A stretch of 51,750 bases of DNA, the filler included, from Squatina squatina (lineage: Eukaryota), in the NCBI GenBank assembly GCA_031763465.1. It is 3 parts of 3 records of this genome, joined end to end, with 100 filler letters (N's around TTAATTAATTAA, not from the genome) between each part and the next. Parts side by side here need not be neighbours in the genome. Positions count along the whole stretch, not along the records: positions 1 to 14,359 come from JARFOE010000046.1; positions 14,460 to 37,920 come from JARFOE010000001.1; 1 more part is not named here. One strand, written 5' to 3'. The position numbers were made by a program, and so were the translations under genes. This document shows positions 11,791 to 24,365 of the stretch, piece by piece (positions within the stretch are counted from its first letter, which is position 1; every line of letters begins with the position of its first letter). The notes under the pieces were generated by a model that worked only from the letters and a program-made list of their open reading frames with translations, made no database searches and was not told the DNA's origin.

Positions 11791-14359
11791 GATGATCTTT
11801 TAAAAATACTTTTGTTTAAAAAGTGGGTGGTGATGACCTCATTGGGAAGTTTACTGGGGGAGGACTGACTATTTGAGAAAGTTAAATTGAATTCAGCTCA
11901 GAGCTCTCGTGTTCCTGTAAATTTTTATGCGTATGTTAATTCAGCTCCTTCATACTTGCTGTCACAGTAATGATTGGTAGCCACTTTCTTTAATGATGCA
12001 ATTAGCATTCACTGAATAAAATACACAATTTAAAAACATTTGATGGAAAAGGAGAAAAAATACAGAAAACGAGATGTTAAAAGTTAATCAGAACTCTTTG
12101 GAGCTGTTTGATTTTTCTTTAAAGGGAGATGCTGATGGTATTACTCCTTTAAATAAACAAGATTAACCATCCGTGCATGATTCAATGAAATCCTGGTTAT
12201 TTGGCCAGCAAATTGAATCTGAAATGGATTTAATGCATGGCTGGGAAGTACAGTGTATGAATATTTAGAAATGAGATCATCTGAAACTGAATCAGAGCTT
12301 TCTTAATGTGCTGGTGTGAATCTCGTCTCTAGGAGAAGTTAATCCCACTGTGTTTATGCTCAATAGTGATGCTCACCAGCCGAGAAGAGTCAACAAATTG
12401 AAATGTTCACTCCCCATTAACTTCATCTTTACATAATATTTCATTAATTTCCACAAATATTATGACATAGTTTAGAATTTCTTAAAGCAGTAAATACTTT
12501 TACAGTACACACAAGGGATTAACTTGCACCTGGTACTGAATATCTTAAGTATATCTCTACATGAGCACATGAGGTAAATGGGAAGTGCTCACTCACTTAT
12601 GAAACCACATGGCATTTGCATGTCTTAATGAATACGTGTACCGTAAACTGAAGAAGGTGCATAATCACAACTTCATATATTANNNNNNNNNNNNNNNNNN
12701 NNNNNNNNNNNNNNNNNNNNNNNNNNNNNNNNNNNNNNNNNNNNNNNNNNNNNNNNNNNNNNNNNNNNNNNNNNNNNNNNNNCTACTTCTAGGCCCTAGG
12801 CTTTGCGAGGGAATGGGACACCCAGGCTCTGCAAATGATCAGCCCACCATATTTAGGAGTCTGAAGTCTGGACAAGCACAATGCACTTTGGGTGCACTGG
12901 TCTATCTGACACCCAAGCAAAGAGGCGGGAGAGAGATTGGTTCTTGGTTTTTTTAAATTCTGTAACACAAACGGAAATATATTTGCTGACAGCTGAAACA
13001 GTAGCTTCCATCTGTAGTCTTTGCAAGTTCACAGCTCAATCTGATTACTCCATTCAATGGTGCTGTATGACTACAGATATCATAGCTCCATTCCTTCTGG
13101 TACTTTCATTTAGAATGTCAAAAGGCTGAGTGGGTGAATTTCATATTGTGCACTTATTGGGTGGGCGATGGGCTGGAGATTCCTCTATGCTCGCCTGATG
13201 AGGTTGGCTGGAGGCTGAAAACATTTTTATTTTTGGGCCTCACTTCAATATTCAGGCCAGGCTGTCTGTACTATTCATACATTGAGGTGTGGACCTTTGG
13301 CACAATTGCGTGCTGCCTGCATTCCTTTCAACTGGCGCAGGGATCGCGTAGCCGATGGATTTTACACTGATGATTATGTACACTGTGAGCATCAGCAAGT
13401 AAGTAATCCTGATCTCCATGTAAATTTGATAGTGAAAAGAGCATATGAACCTATCTTGACAATGTCAGATCCAAACCTGGAAATATCCCTATCATACAAA
13501 GTTGTTTGCATTTCAAAGGGAATCAGTTCTTTACCCACAGTTATGTAGAATAATTACTATATTTCTATTGGTATAATAATATAACTTTCCAATTTTAGAA
13601 TTGTAATCACGAGGAATACTGGAATCCAGGAAATAAATACATTGTCAATTTTGAAATGAGTCTCACCTGCATAAATTGAATCAGTGCACACATGTCACCC
13701 AGTTATTCACTAGCTACTTTCAACAGTATCAGACACTGACCCCTTCAATAGCAAATCCTTTCATTCTCAAATCAGAATTCCTCTATATTCAGAATGAATG
13801 GCACCAGAAGAAAGAGATAAATCCTGAAGAGACATAATCTCCTTCCTGGGTTACAGGATTGAAAAACTGCCAAAACATTGGAAGAAAGAAAGTGTGTTCT
13901 CTTTAATATATTTCAGTCTCATCTTGAACTTCACAGAGTGTTGAAAGAAAAGGTTAGGCAAAATGAGTGAGATGGGAGCTGCCCAATGGAAAGCAGACAG
14001 TGTCCTCATTTCAGGGCTCATTAAAATGTTATTTATAGTGTTCAACTCTTTTGATTTTATTTTGCTGCAAGTGCAAAAAAGGGCATGTCATTCTGGGGAT
14101 TTTTCTTGGCCACCATTTGTGTGATTTATTCTTCTTTCTCTTTTTTTATTGCCTCCTTCTCTTGGAATGTGCCATGCACCATAACAAAAACTGAGCTTTC
14201 TCGCAAGCCTCTGCAATATTGTTCTTAAATTAGAGTGTAAGCACATGCAATGAATTGCCTTTCACTCTGATTTCACGAACAAAATGACCTTGGGTGGTGT
14301 CAATCTGGCTCGGAAGTGAGATCATTGCACAAAATACAGCTGACAAGGCCAGCTGGTGT

Positions 14360-14459
14360 NNNNNNNNNNNNNNNNNNNNNNNNNNNNNNNNNNNNNNNNN
14401 NNNTTAATTAATTAANNNNNNNNNNNNNNNNNNNNNNNNNNNNNNNNNNNNNNNNNNNN
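14360..14459. other. Artificial assembly linker (44 N + TTAATTAATTAA + 44 N)
   Basis: Palindromic 12-mer at 14404-14415 with TAA stops in all six frames, centred in a 100-nt gap. Identical to the linker at 37921-38020. Confidence 0.95.
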
Positions 14460-15256
14460 ACTTGTAATAGTCCTCATTCTAGGTAGATAATTTCATTTTG
14501 TTAGTTAACTTATTTAAAAATGATAACATTTGTGGTATGACAATAATGCTCAGCAGGGCCATGTAAAATGCAGAACTATTCCTAATTCACCATTAAGGAA
14601 GGCCCTATTAATTCATCTCTCAGGAGTTTTTAAGTCTTTCTCGTTTACAGAATAAAATACAGAATCATAGAAAACACAACACAACAAACCATTTGGCCCA
14701 TTGCCTCTGTGCTAGCTCTTCAGCCAGCTCTTCAATTCTTCACTCTATAGTTCTCTACAAAATGACCTCTATAGTGTCGGCTAATCCTCCATTGCAATCC
14801 TGTTATTATTCAGGCAAATAATTTTTATCAAGTCCCTGAGAATATATTTCACATCCCAGACATTTTTGTTTCTTCTATTCCAATAATCTCGTAGAAGTCC
14901 TTTTCCTGTTTCATGGCTCCTTTCTCATGCTTGATGTGGCACCAAAGGATCTGTGAATGTTTTTAATGGTTGTAGACTGACACCACTAACTGTATTGAGG
15001 ATGAAAACTAATTAACCATGGAGTTCTGCATTAAATTAGTTTTTGTCAAGGATCATATAACATCAGAAATCTTCAGCGCAATTATGGACAGAATTATAAT
15101 GGTAATAAAGGCTGGGTCACTTGATGAAAGTCACATCAGGGCCACCTTTAATATGGACCGGTAGCTCTCCCATGGCATTGTTCATAATGAGTTGGCAGCT
15201 ATATTAAAAAAATGCTATGCAAACTAGAATTACCAGGGACACTGACTCACCAGCGC

Positions 15257-15660
15257 TGTGGCTGTCCCTGGAAAGGCGACATTTATTGCCCACTCTTAGT
15301 TGCCCTAAGAGGGTAGTTAGTATTGGACCACTTTGTTGACCCACTGCAGTAGCTGCTTAATACAATGAGTGGCTTGCTGGGTCACTTCAGAAGGCAGTTT
15401 ACAGTCAACCGCATCGGTGTGAACTGGAGTCATATATCAGTCAGACTGTGTAAGGACATTGCTGAACCAGTTGAGTTTTTATGACAATCTGACAGCTTCA
15501 TGGTCATTTTTTACTGATATCAGCTTTATTATTTCCAGATCTTTTAAACTGAATTCAAATTCTCAAACTGTATGGTAGGATTTGAACTCACATCCTCTGC
15601 ATTATTAGTTCAGGCCTCCAGATTACTTGTCCAGGAACATAACCACTTCGCTATTGCACC
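15257..15660 (-). mobile_element. HE1-type V-SINE, near full length
   Basis: Reverse-strand LINE-derived tail (catttattgcccactcttagttgccct), V-domain (gagtggcttgctgggtcacttcagaaggcagtt...ggagtcatat) and tRNA-like head (ggatttgaactc...taaccac). Confidence 0.85.
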
Positions 15661-15948
15661 CTATCCAGTGGATAAGTATAATTTTGTTATTGTAAAATAT
15701 GTGGCATTTTGGAATTTTTATTTTGTGTCGACCCTTATTTTGCAAATTAAAAATAGTTAAGAAAAAGATGGAAGATGAAAAAAATTTAGATGAAGGCTGA
15801 CAAATCTGTTCTCCAATGCCATCTAATGGCCAATGCATGAAACTACATNNNNNNNNNNNNNNNNNNNNNNNNNNNNNNNNNNNNNNNNNNNNNNNNNNNN
15901 NNNNNNNNNNNNNNNNNNNNNNNNNNNNNNNNNNNNNNNNNNNNNNNN

Positions 15949-16105
15949 GGAACCTGATGTTGCTGAAGTGCAGCATGTTGATGTGAAATCGGAAGGGACC
16001 AAGGATAGATCCTTGGGATACTCCGGAAGTGATGGTGTGGGGGCGGGAAGAGAAGCCATTGCAGGTGAATCTCTGGCTGCGATTGGATAGATAAGAATTG
16101 GACCA
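15949..16105 (-). mobile_element. L2-clade LINE reverse-transcriptase fragment
   Basis: SYLSNRSQRFTCNGFSSRPHTITSGVSQGSILGP.RFHINMLHFSNIR, the GVPQGSxLGP motif region. Confidence 0.8.
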
Positions 16106-16109
16106 GCCA

Positions 16110-16468
16110 GTAAAGTATTTTTCAAGTATAGTTCATGTTGTAATGTAGGAAGCCAATTTGTGGACAACCAGGTCCCACAAACTGCAGAGAGATAAATGAC
16201 CAGATCATATGTTTTAGTGGTAGTGGTTGAAGGATAAAAGTTGGCCAGGACACCAGGAGAACTCGCCTGTTCTTTGGATAGTGTAATGAACTCTTTTACA
16301 GCCACCTGAGGGGGGAGATGGGACCTCTGTTGAACATCTCATCCAAAAGGCCCTACCTCCAACAGTGCAAAACTCCTTCAGATTATGTGTTCATGTCTCT
16401 GGAGTGGTGCTTGAACCCACAACCTTCTTACTCAGAAGCAAGTGTGTTACCCACTGAGCCATGACTGA
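16110..16468 (-). mobile_element. SacSINE1-like Deu-SINE
   Basis: Reverse-strand Deu-domain and tRNA-like head (cttgaacccacaaccttc...ccactgagcc); homologous to the copies at 32695 and 39235. Confidence 0.85.
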
Positions 16469-18849
16469 CATTGCTTAGATTTACTGCTTCATTTTCAGAA
16501 GTGAACTGCAGGTGAGTCAGTCACTGGGGCTTTGTGAACCAGATGGCTCAGCATTGTGGGTCATAAATGTCTGAATTTCCCTGGTGAAGAGAAGTGTGAA
16601 ATGGTCACGGTTTTAGCTGTGAGCATAAACAACATAAATCACTTTAGCAAGCAGTCATTGTGATATCCTCTGGTAACAGTTACGATTGTTTACAGTGTGA
16701 AAAGTTCCATCATGGCATCATCTTGCCTGAGAACATGAGAGAACAAGAGCAATAAAAGAGTAATAGAAAGCAAAATTATAAGCACTGTCCCTACACTCCA
16801 GCTCTCACTATTTATAATATTCATTTTGACACCGATAAAAGTGATCACGACACTTTGAAGCAAGTGCTGAATAAATCCAACATTCAGCTATTATATTTAT
16901 CTTTTAACAGTGTATGATGATAAATTACAGTTGCAGCAATAAACATGTCAGGTACACTGATATCACCAAATATCAGCATCCTTCAATCCTGTTCAAAAAA
17001 TATATTTATCAAGCTGGCTTTTTGAAGAGGTTCACTGACACAGATTCAATTGGCTTTTAATAGATGTCTGTCATTGCCATTCAGGGGAAAAATGGCTCAC
17101 AATCTCTAGTCTTGTATGAGATTTGCTGGTTGCTAATGTCCCCCAGTACCGTGCATACGGCCCAAATCAAGTAACCTGCTTGTANNNNNNNNNNNNNNNN
17201 NNNNNNNNNNNNNNNNNNNNNNNNNNNNNNNNNNNNNNNNNNNNNNNNNNNNNNNNNNNNNNNNNNNNNNNNNNNNNNNNNNNNTGGAAAATTACTGGAA
17301 TGGGGTCTCTTGTGACGAGTACATCATCATCATTCTCTGAATTTGACACGTATGTATTGTCTAGAAGGGACAAAAAAAACAGCAAACATCAAATTATTAA
17401 ACATTATTTCCATGTAGGTTATTTTGCGCATTCAGAAAGCAACAGACTGCTACTGAAAATGATTTTGGAACTATTCACAACCAGCAGATCTGGGATTTTT
17501 CATTCCGTTTCATTGGTGCATTTTGTGCACCCACCAGCAGGAGGCTAGGAACAACAGTCTTCAATTTCTGAGCTGTGTCATCTGATCAGGGTTTCAAGAA
17601 AATAAGCCCCTGGGACTTTCCTGAGTAATAAATGCCTCTTCTATGGCTCAAAGGGCAAATCTGGTTCCCATGTGTCAAAATTACATGATGAACTTTCTGG
17701 GACAGAGGAAGTGCAAAAGTTGGACTTCAACAATGCCATCCTTTCCCAATGCACTGTATGAAAGAGAAGCAATGTCCATCTCTTCCTTTACCCAGGGGCA
17801 TCCAGCTAATAACGCAAAAGTCAAATTTAGTTTTAGCAATCTGAATAGGAAATGGTTTACTGTTGTGATACGAATATAATTGTTAGAATTATTCACAAAG
17901 TCGGTGTGCTGGGCTAAAGGATCGCGGCCTGGTCGACACGAGGGCCACCATTGGCCGGCCAACCCAAGAGTTGGCTGACAAAAAAAGATGGCGGCCTGGG
18001 GCGCAAAAGGCNNNNNNNNNNNNNNNNNNNNNNNNNNNNNNNNNNNNNNNNNNNNNNNNNNNNNNNNNNNNNNNNNNNNNNNNNNNNNNNNNNNNNNNNN
18101 NNNNNNNNNNNCTTTTACTTGAATCCAGCTCTTCCCCAAAATCAGGAAAGACCTCTAAGCAAAGGAGTGTAACGATTGGTGAAATACTAATCATTTTCAT
18201 GCTGATAGCTGTAGGCAGGTATGGTGGGAATATATTTTTGTACTAATGTAGACAAAGGCTGCAATCCTGTCTATGTGCCAAGAATGAGTTCAAAACCCAG
18301 AGTCAAACACTTGGAGGTTTATTAAAGGTTAACTGAACAGGCATACTCACAGCCAACACCAGATTACATAAGATGCATTTGAAAGTGATATAAATGCTGG
18401 AGCTAAGCATCTGTAGCGTAGTAGAATATTGATTCATTTCATCTTCATTCTCACTGGAATGGCTTCAATATCAGCTTAATAGCATTTTATATTTAATAGT
18501 ATGAATACGCCTAAATGTTACTCAGTGAAGCATTTAATTTATACCACTCCATGGGACTAAAATTGTTGAATATATTTTTGTTATTTGCATAATTTATTCA
18601 AGAGTGCAGATAAGGACTGACTTCCAATAATCCACTCAATCTCCTGAAGTGCTTCAGTTAAAAGACACCATATTCCTGAAAAATGTTTGCTAAATGTTTT
18701 CTGTTGTTATATACAGACGTAAGTTACATCAAAGCACATTAACACGACTTGCTTGTGATGACATTGTGATGGACAATCAAGCATAGGTCTTCCCAGGCTT
18801 TCCCCTCCCAATACTCCAGCTGGCAGAAGGATAAACCTGGCAACAACAT

Positions 18850-18935
18850 TGGTATGGGGTAGCTTTTAGACACAATAATCCGGGAGAAAATTAACAACCC
18901 TTGGACAAGCACAGACTAATAAAGGAGAGCCAGCA
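18850..18935 (+). mobile_element. CR1 RT fragment
   Basis: G*LLDTIIREKINNPLDKHRLIKESQ. Confidence 0.7.
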
Positions 18936-18937
18936 GC

Positions 18938-19038
18938 GGGTGCGGGAACATAGTGGTTATGTTACTGGACTAGTAATCCAGAGACCTGGTCTAATGATCC
19001 AAAGACATGAGTTCAAATCCCACCATTTAAATTCAATT
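18938..19038 (+). mobile_element. HE1-type SINE 5' tRNA-like head, truncated by gap
   Basis: catagtggttatgttactggactagtaatccagag...gagttcaaatcccacc, with A-box- and B-box-like segments. Confidence 0.8.
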
Positions 19039-19269
19039 NNNNNNNNNNNNNNNNNNNNNNNNNNNNNNNNNNNNNNNNNNNNNNNNNNNNNNNNNNNNNN
19101 NNNNNNNNNNNNNNNNNNNNNNNNNNNNNNNNNNNNNNGAGGATCCCGCAAATCCTGTTGCCCGCTTGCCCGAAGTGCACCCAGAGTTAAAATAGGATCT
19201 TAGGTATCTATTAGACAGTTCCAATAACTAAGGGGTTTCTTGTGAGTCCTCTCTCTTTCTGCTGCCCCT

Positions 19270-19480
19270 TCAATGGTCAGCCACTTTTCTCATTCTACAA
19301 TATCCCTGCATCCTGACCACAATCACCGTGTGATGGAGAAACCCCTTATCCCCTCTCATGCTATGCAGCATGGCCAATTGCTCCTTGAGCAGAGATCTTC
19401 TTTCCCAAAGACTCAGTTTTCCTACGTTTAGTGCATGTTTGCTATCCCTGGATACACTGAGGATCCATGATGGCCTCATA
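19270..19480 (-). mobile_element. Degenerate CR1 ORF1 N-terminal fragment
   Basis: LKEQLAMLHSMRGDKGFL resembles the LE.QL..LR.IRE.E.FLD coiled-coil segment of CR1 ORF1. Confidence 0.45.
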
Positions 19481-20569
19481 TTCACTACAGACACATTACA
19501 AGGCTTCCCTACACCGTCATCTCACTTTATCTGTGTCAGTTTAAAATGCCTGGAGTGTTCTTCTGAACTCCCACTGGCACCAAACTGTCACATGAATCAA
19601 ATTCCGCATGTTCTCTTCACACAAGAATTAATTATAGAAGAAAAAAAACACTCACTTACTGGCCCTCAGACTGTAGCTTCAGGCCAAATATCCACTCAGT
19701 TGTGATTCATGGATTGTGCAAAACTTCCTCTCTTAAATCTCACATTTTTGTCTTACACCCAAATTAAAAAGCAGGTGGATTTGCTCTATTGATGGATGGA
19801 GGGGATACAATGAAACAGGTCATTAACCTGCTCTCATCTTCAGCTCACAGTGACCCCTTATGCAAATTATTTAAATGAGCTCTCAGTGTCAGGGAAACGT
19901 CCCGCCATTTATATAGGCCAAGCCCCGACTTTAACCAGGGGTGGGAATATTGGGAGCAGAACTGACGCAGGTTGCGATCCATCCGGCCACCCCTTGACCA
20001 TGAGGGCCATGTGATTTTAACACCCAGGCCTCATTTTAATCTCCCCTCACTGACTCCCAGACTGGATCCAACAGTGGTGACATAGAAGTCAGTGGGTGGG
20101 AGCAGGAAATTGTCCAAGTCGTTGCCGGGGAAGCCAAGGAAACGGACCTCGGCATTTCCATAACCTTTCAATACCAGTATAATAGCTCCATTGAGGAGTT
20201 AAGCTCACAACATGAAGTTAACATTATCACTAAGGGTTAAAGGAACATCAATGTGCTGGTGCTCTGAACAGAATGCAACATCTGCTTTGTTCAGGGCACC
20301 ATCATATTCCTATAGCTCTGACCTTCAACATTGAGGGACCTCCAACTGCCTATTATGGTGCCATGAAAAATATATAACATCTACTCAGTTGGCTTAGAGC
20401 TATTGCCTGTTGGACTGGTGTAATGGTGACACATTTGAGAATAATTTCTTTTGGCGGCATACAATTTATTTTTGTTTTCGCTCCTGTGCAGTCCAAACAT
20501 GAACCCTTCCAGGACAAGGCCCTCAAAGGAAAAAGGCTCTATGACTCATTTTTTTCAACATGGGGATCA

Positions 20570-21082
20570 TTTTAGATATTTGGGTGTCCTCATGCAATAA
20601 ACATAGAAAGCTAGCATGCAGGTACCGCAGGCAATAAGGAAAGGCAAATGGCCTGTTGTCCTTTATTTCAAGGAGGTTAGAGTATAAGAGTAAGGAAATC
20701 TTGCTACAATTGTACAGGGCCTTTGGTGAGACCACACCTGGAGTACTGTGCACAGTTTTGGTCTCCTTATCTAAGGAAGGGTATACTTGCCTTGGAGGCT
20801 GCGCAACGAAGGTTCACTAGATTGATTCCTGGGAGGAGAGGGCTGTCTTATGATGAGAGATTGTGCAGAATAGGCCTGTACTCTCTGAAGTTTAGAAGAA
20901 TGAGAGGTGATCTCATTGAAACATGCAAGATACTGAAGGGGGTTGACAATGTAGATGCTGAGAGGTTGCTTCCCCTGGCTGGAGTGCCTAGAACTAGGGG
21001 GCATAGTCTCAGAATAAGGGGTAGGGCATTTAAGACAGAGAAGAGGAGGAATTTCTTCACTCAAAGGGTGGTTAATCTTTAG
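20570..21082 (+). mobile_element. CR1 LINE ORF2 C-terminal fragment
   Basis: VRPHLEYCAQFWSPYLRKGILALEAAQRRFTRLIPG...RRMRGDLIETCKIL...RTRGHSLRIRG...RRNFFTQRVVNL. Confidence 0.95.
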
Positions 21083-21183
21083 ANNNNNNNNNNNNNNNNN
21101 NNNNNNNNNNNNNNNNNNNNNNNNNNNNNNNNNNNNNNNNNNNNNNNNNNNNNNNNNNNNNNNNNNNNNNNNNNNNNNNNNNN

Positions 21184-21365
21184 CGTTTGCGGCCGCAGAA
21201 ACATCTATCTGTTCCCCTTATGATTGAATCCCCTATCACTATAGCCCTCCCACTCTTTTTCCTCCCCTCCTGTGCAGCAGCGCCACCTGTGCTGCCATGA
21301 ACTTGGCTGTTGCTGCCTTCCCCTAAGAAGCCATCTCCCCCAACAATATCCAAACCGGTATATCT
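21184..21365 (-). mobile_element. CR1 LINE ORF1 fragment (SGNH/GDSL esterase-like)
   Basis: GRKKSGRAIVIGDSIIRGTDRCFCGRK. Confidence 0.85.
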
Positions 21366-22269
21366 TTTGGCTTGCCTAGGTGATGTTAAGTCGGTGCGCA
21401 CGTCACCCTATCTTAATTTACATTTCCAGGGCCAGCACTGCTATCAGCAGCACTAAGGCCCTCATCAAAATGGCGCTAGCATGGCAGCCGCTATTTTTAG
21501 ATCGGATTGTAGCGAACACTTGTGGCGATAAGTGGGCCAATTCCTTCTGAAATTCATTGGTTCTGGGATCGTTTAGCTCTGTCTATTGCATGCAATTAGT
21601 CCAGTGCTGTAACTTCACTGGGTTGGCACCTCATTTTCAGGTATGTTTGGTGTTGCTTAATGAGCATTGTAAGAGATTTGTATTTGGTATTTAGCCTACT
21701 GACTAAACCAGCTAGATGTCGATGCAGGAGAATCCTTAGCCAGGTTTAACAAACAGCTAGCATGGGGCAGCACACTCAGTAAGGTATCAGTAAATCTGCT
21801 CAATAGTTGGCATGTTTTACAATGAAATAAATTTAAATGCTTACTAACTACAATTCCTAACTAAAAATGTGCAGTTTGAAATAATGGCAGTAATCACAGA
21901 GTAAGTGAATCTCAATATGACGAGTAGGCACAAATGATAACAACGCAAGCTCAGCATGTTAATTGTATTGTGACAAAAGGCAAGGAGCTATAAATATAGC
22001 CAATCCCTGCCAGTTGTCATGGATTGTATCTCTGCAAGTTCAATCTCAAACAATGCCATGTAGAAATGTATAGCAATTCAAGTATTACAATAATCGTCAG
22101 ATTCAAGAATTGAAAACAATTCCAGTAATGCTGGTGTTACAACTTTGTATTCAATTCACCCTGGTTCCAGTGTAAATCTGATGTAAAGTTGCCAGTACAC
22201 GCATTTTATACTGTTTATATTATAACAGGGCATAACAGTCCCTCTGGAATCTAGGCCATTTTGCTTTCG

Positions 22270-23243
22270 GAACACAGGAACAGAAGTGTACTGTTCAGCC
22301 CCGTTTCCCCCTTTCAATTAGATCATGTGAAGAAGTGCTTCCTGATTTTACTCCGGAATGGCCTAGCTCTCATTTCAAGATTATATCCTTTTGTTCAGGA
22401 TTCCCCCACCAGAGGAAATAGATTTTCTTTATCCAGCCTATCAAATTATTTTATTATTTTAAACACCTCGATTAGATCACCCCTCGATCTTCTATATGAA
22501 CATTTGAAAACTGGCAGGCAGGAAAAGATCAGCTGGTCAATCAAGCCTGCCCCACGCCATGATGCCTGGACTATCATGATTCAATACTTCCTACCCCACC
22601 CCGCAGCCATGTAATCTCCTGAGAGGGACTAAAAGATAGAATATATGGCAAGTTTAAGCAAGCTGCCCTCATAATTTAACCCTTTTAGCCCAGGTATAAT
22701 TCTGGTGAATCTGCACTGCACAAGACCATATGCCTTTCTGAGATGCGGTGCCCAGTACTACTCAGTACTCCAGTTGGACAATCTGAGAATCTGAACAAGG
22801 CTCTGTATAACTGAAGCATAACTTCCTCCGCTTTGGACAGAAAACAGAGAGTAGGGATAAGTGGGTCTTTTTCAGGCTGGCAGGCTGTGACTAGTGGGGT
22901 ACTGTGAGGATTAGTACTGGGGCCTCAGTTATTTATAATCTATATTAAAGACCTAGATGAAGGGACCGAGTGTAATGTATCCAAGTTTGCTGTCCAGGCT
23001 AGATGGGACAGTAAGCTGCGAGGAGAACACAAAGAGTTTGCAAAGGGCTCTAGCTAGACGCCAAAACCTCTTTGATCCTCTGCAGTTCCTACTTTTTCAC
23101 CATTTATAAAATACTCTGATTTGTCTTTCTTTGATCTAAAGTGGATGACCTGACACTTCCCCATGTTGAAATCCATTTGCCACAGTTTTGTTCCTTCACT
23201 TAACCTATCGCTGTCCTTTGTACTTTCCTGCTCCCATCTGCAC
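22270..23243. mobile_element. Mosaic of CR1 fragments: minus-strand host with nested pieces, including a plus-strand RT core at about 22835-23050
   Basis: The plus piece reads DRKQRVGISGSFSGWQAVTSGVL*GLVLGPQLFIIYIKDLDEGTECNVSKFA. The flanking minus pieces give ORF2 C-terminal motifs (WQMDFNMGKCQVIHF, EVMLQLYRAL) and the 3' UTR. Confidence 0.85.
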
Positions 23244-24147
23244 NNNNNNNNNNNNNNNNNNNNNNNNNNNNNNNNNNNNNNNNNNNNNNNNNNNNNNNNN
23301 NNNNNNNNNNNNNNNNNNNNNNNNNNNNNNNNNNNNNNNNNNNGATCTTCTGGCCATTACAGCCTTGAAATCACTCACTAGTGTCCAACATAATTTTGAA
23401 CACGTAGCGTTCCAATTTTACGTGAATGTTTTATTCTGTTCTCAGGTTTTCTGCTATTCGTGTAAATACCAACTGTCAGTGTGTTCTGTGTCTTTGAATC
23501 AGGATGACATTCGCACGCCACCACAGTGACATCTTTATTTCAGGTTGGTTGAAATTCTATGCCCAAAGAAAACCACTCCTCACTGTCAGCTGATACTACT
23601 TGTTTTTAATGTCACAGTCAGTAAGTACCCTGGTTCCTATGACTCGCCTGCTCAGTCTCAGAACTCCAGGTCTTCTTGTCCAGGGTATAAAAGCTAAATG
23701 ATAAAAACACTATAAAGGATGTATTGTATAATGTCACAAATACATGGGAAGCTTGTAATCGGTCTGGGGGCTCAGAAGATATCAGCTCACTCATTGGTGT
23801 CTGTCACTCTGTGTGTGATCATCCTGTGGAAGACATCACAGCCTCCATTCTCTGATTGACAAACACAGCTAGAAGTCGGGCAGAGCAGAGATCACCTCTG
23901 CCTGAAATAATGAGCGTTGACCATGCTGTGATTGCCTGGGGTCAGTGCTCATTCAAATATTTTGGAAAAGCTCTACTCATCAGACATCCCTCAGATTGTG
24001 AGTTCACTCAGTTGGGGGCAAAAAATAGTGTGCTGGATTCAAAGGCCCACAGCAGCTTAAAAGGGCAAACAAAATCATTACCATTTCCGTTCAGGGGAAC
24101 AAAGATCTGAGATTGTAAAATGAATGTCAAGTCTGCAGGAAGGTAAA

Positions 24148-24200
24148 CATAGAAAAAGAAACATAGAAAATAGGAGCAGGAGTAGGCCATTCGGCCCTTC
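24148..24200 (-). mobile_element. CR1 3' tail
   Basis: catagaaaataggagcaggagtaggccattcggcccttcg, the reverse complement of the tail at 46985-47040. Confidence 0.85.
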
Positions 24201-24204
24201 GGTA

Positions 24205-24365
24205 GAGATCCCCAGGTTCTCTGCTGGGGTAGTAAAATGTTGCTGCAGAAAGTGAGCTACCCACAGGCAATGAAAGGAGGTGGCCAGGCCAATGAGTGGC
24301 AGCTCCACCAACTCCTACTCAGAAATGCCAGAAGCAATTTAAAGATCTTACGCAGGTCAGCCATC
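24205..24365 (+). pseudogene. Second, more decayed Harbinger Myb/SANT exon relic
   Basis: Across frameshifts: EIPRFSAGVVK / MLLQKVS / RQ*KEVARPMSGSST / TQKCQKQFKDLTQVSH, then a GTAAGA donor at 24366. Same layout as 4627-4880. Confidence 0.6.

Noticed and set aside
13282-13398. Open frame ending at a strong GTAAGT donor (…RDRVADGFYTDDYVHCEHQQ)
   Set aside because: Weak acceptor and unrecognised peptide, so it cannot be supported as an exon.
18938-19038. tRNA-like A/B boxes (also near 16400-16465 and 44690-44775)
   Set aside because: These are SINE heads; no complete cloverleaf is present.
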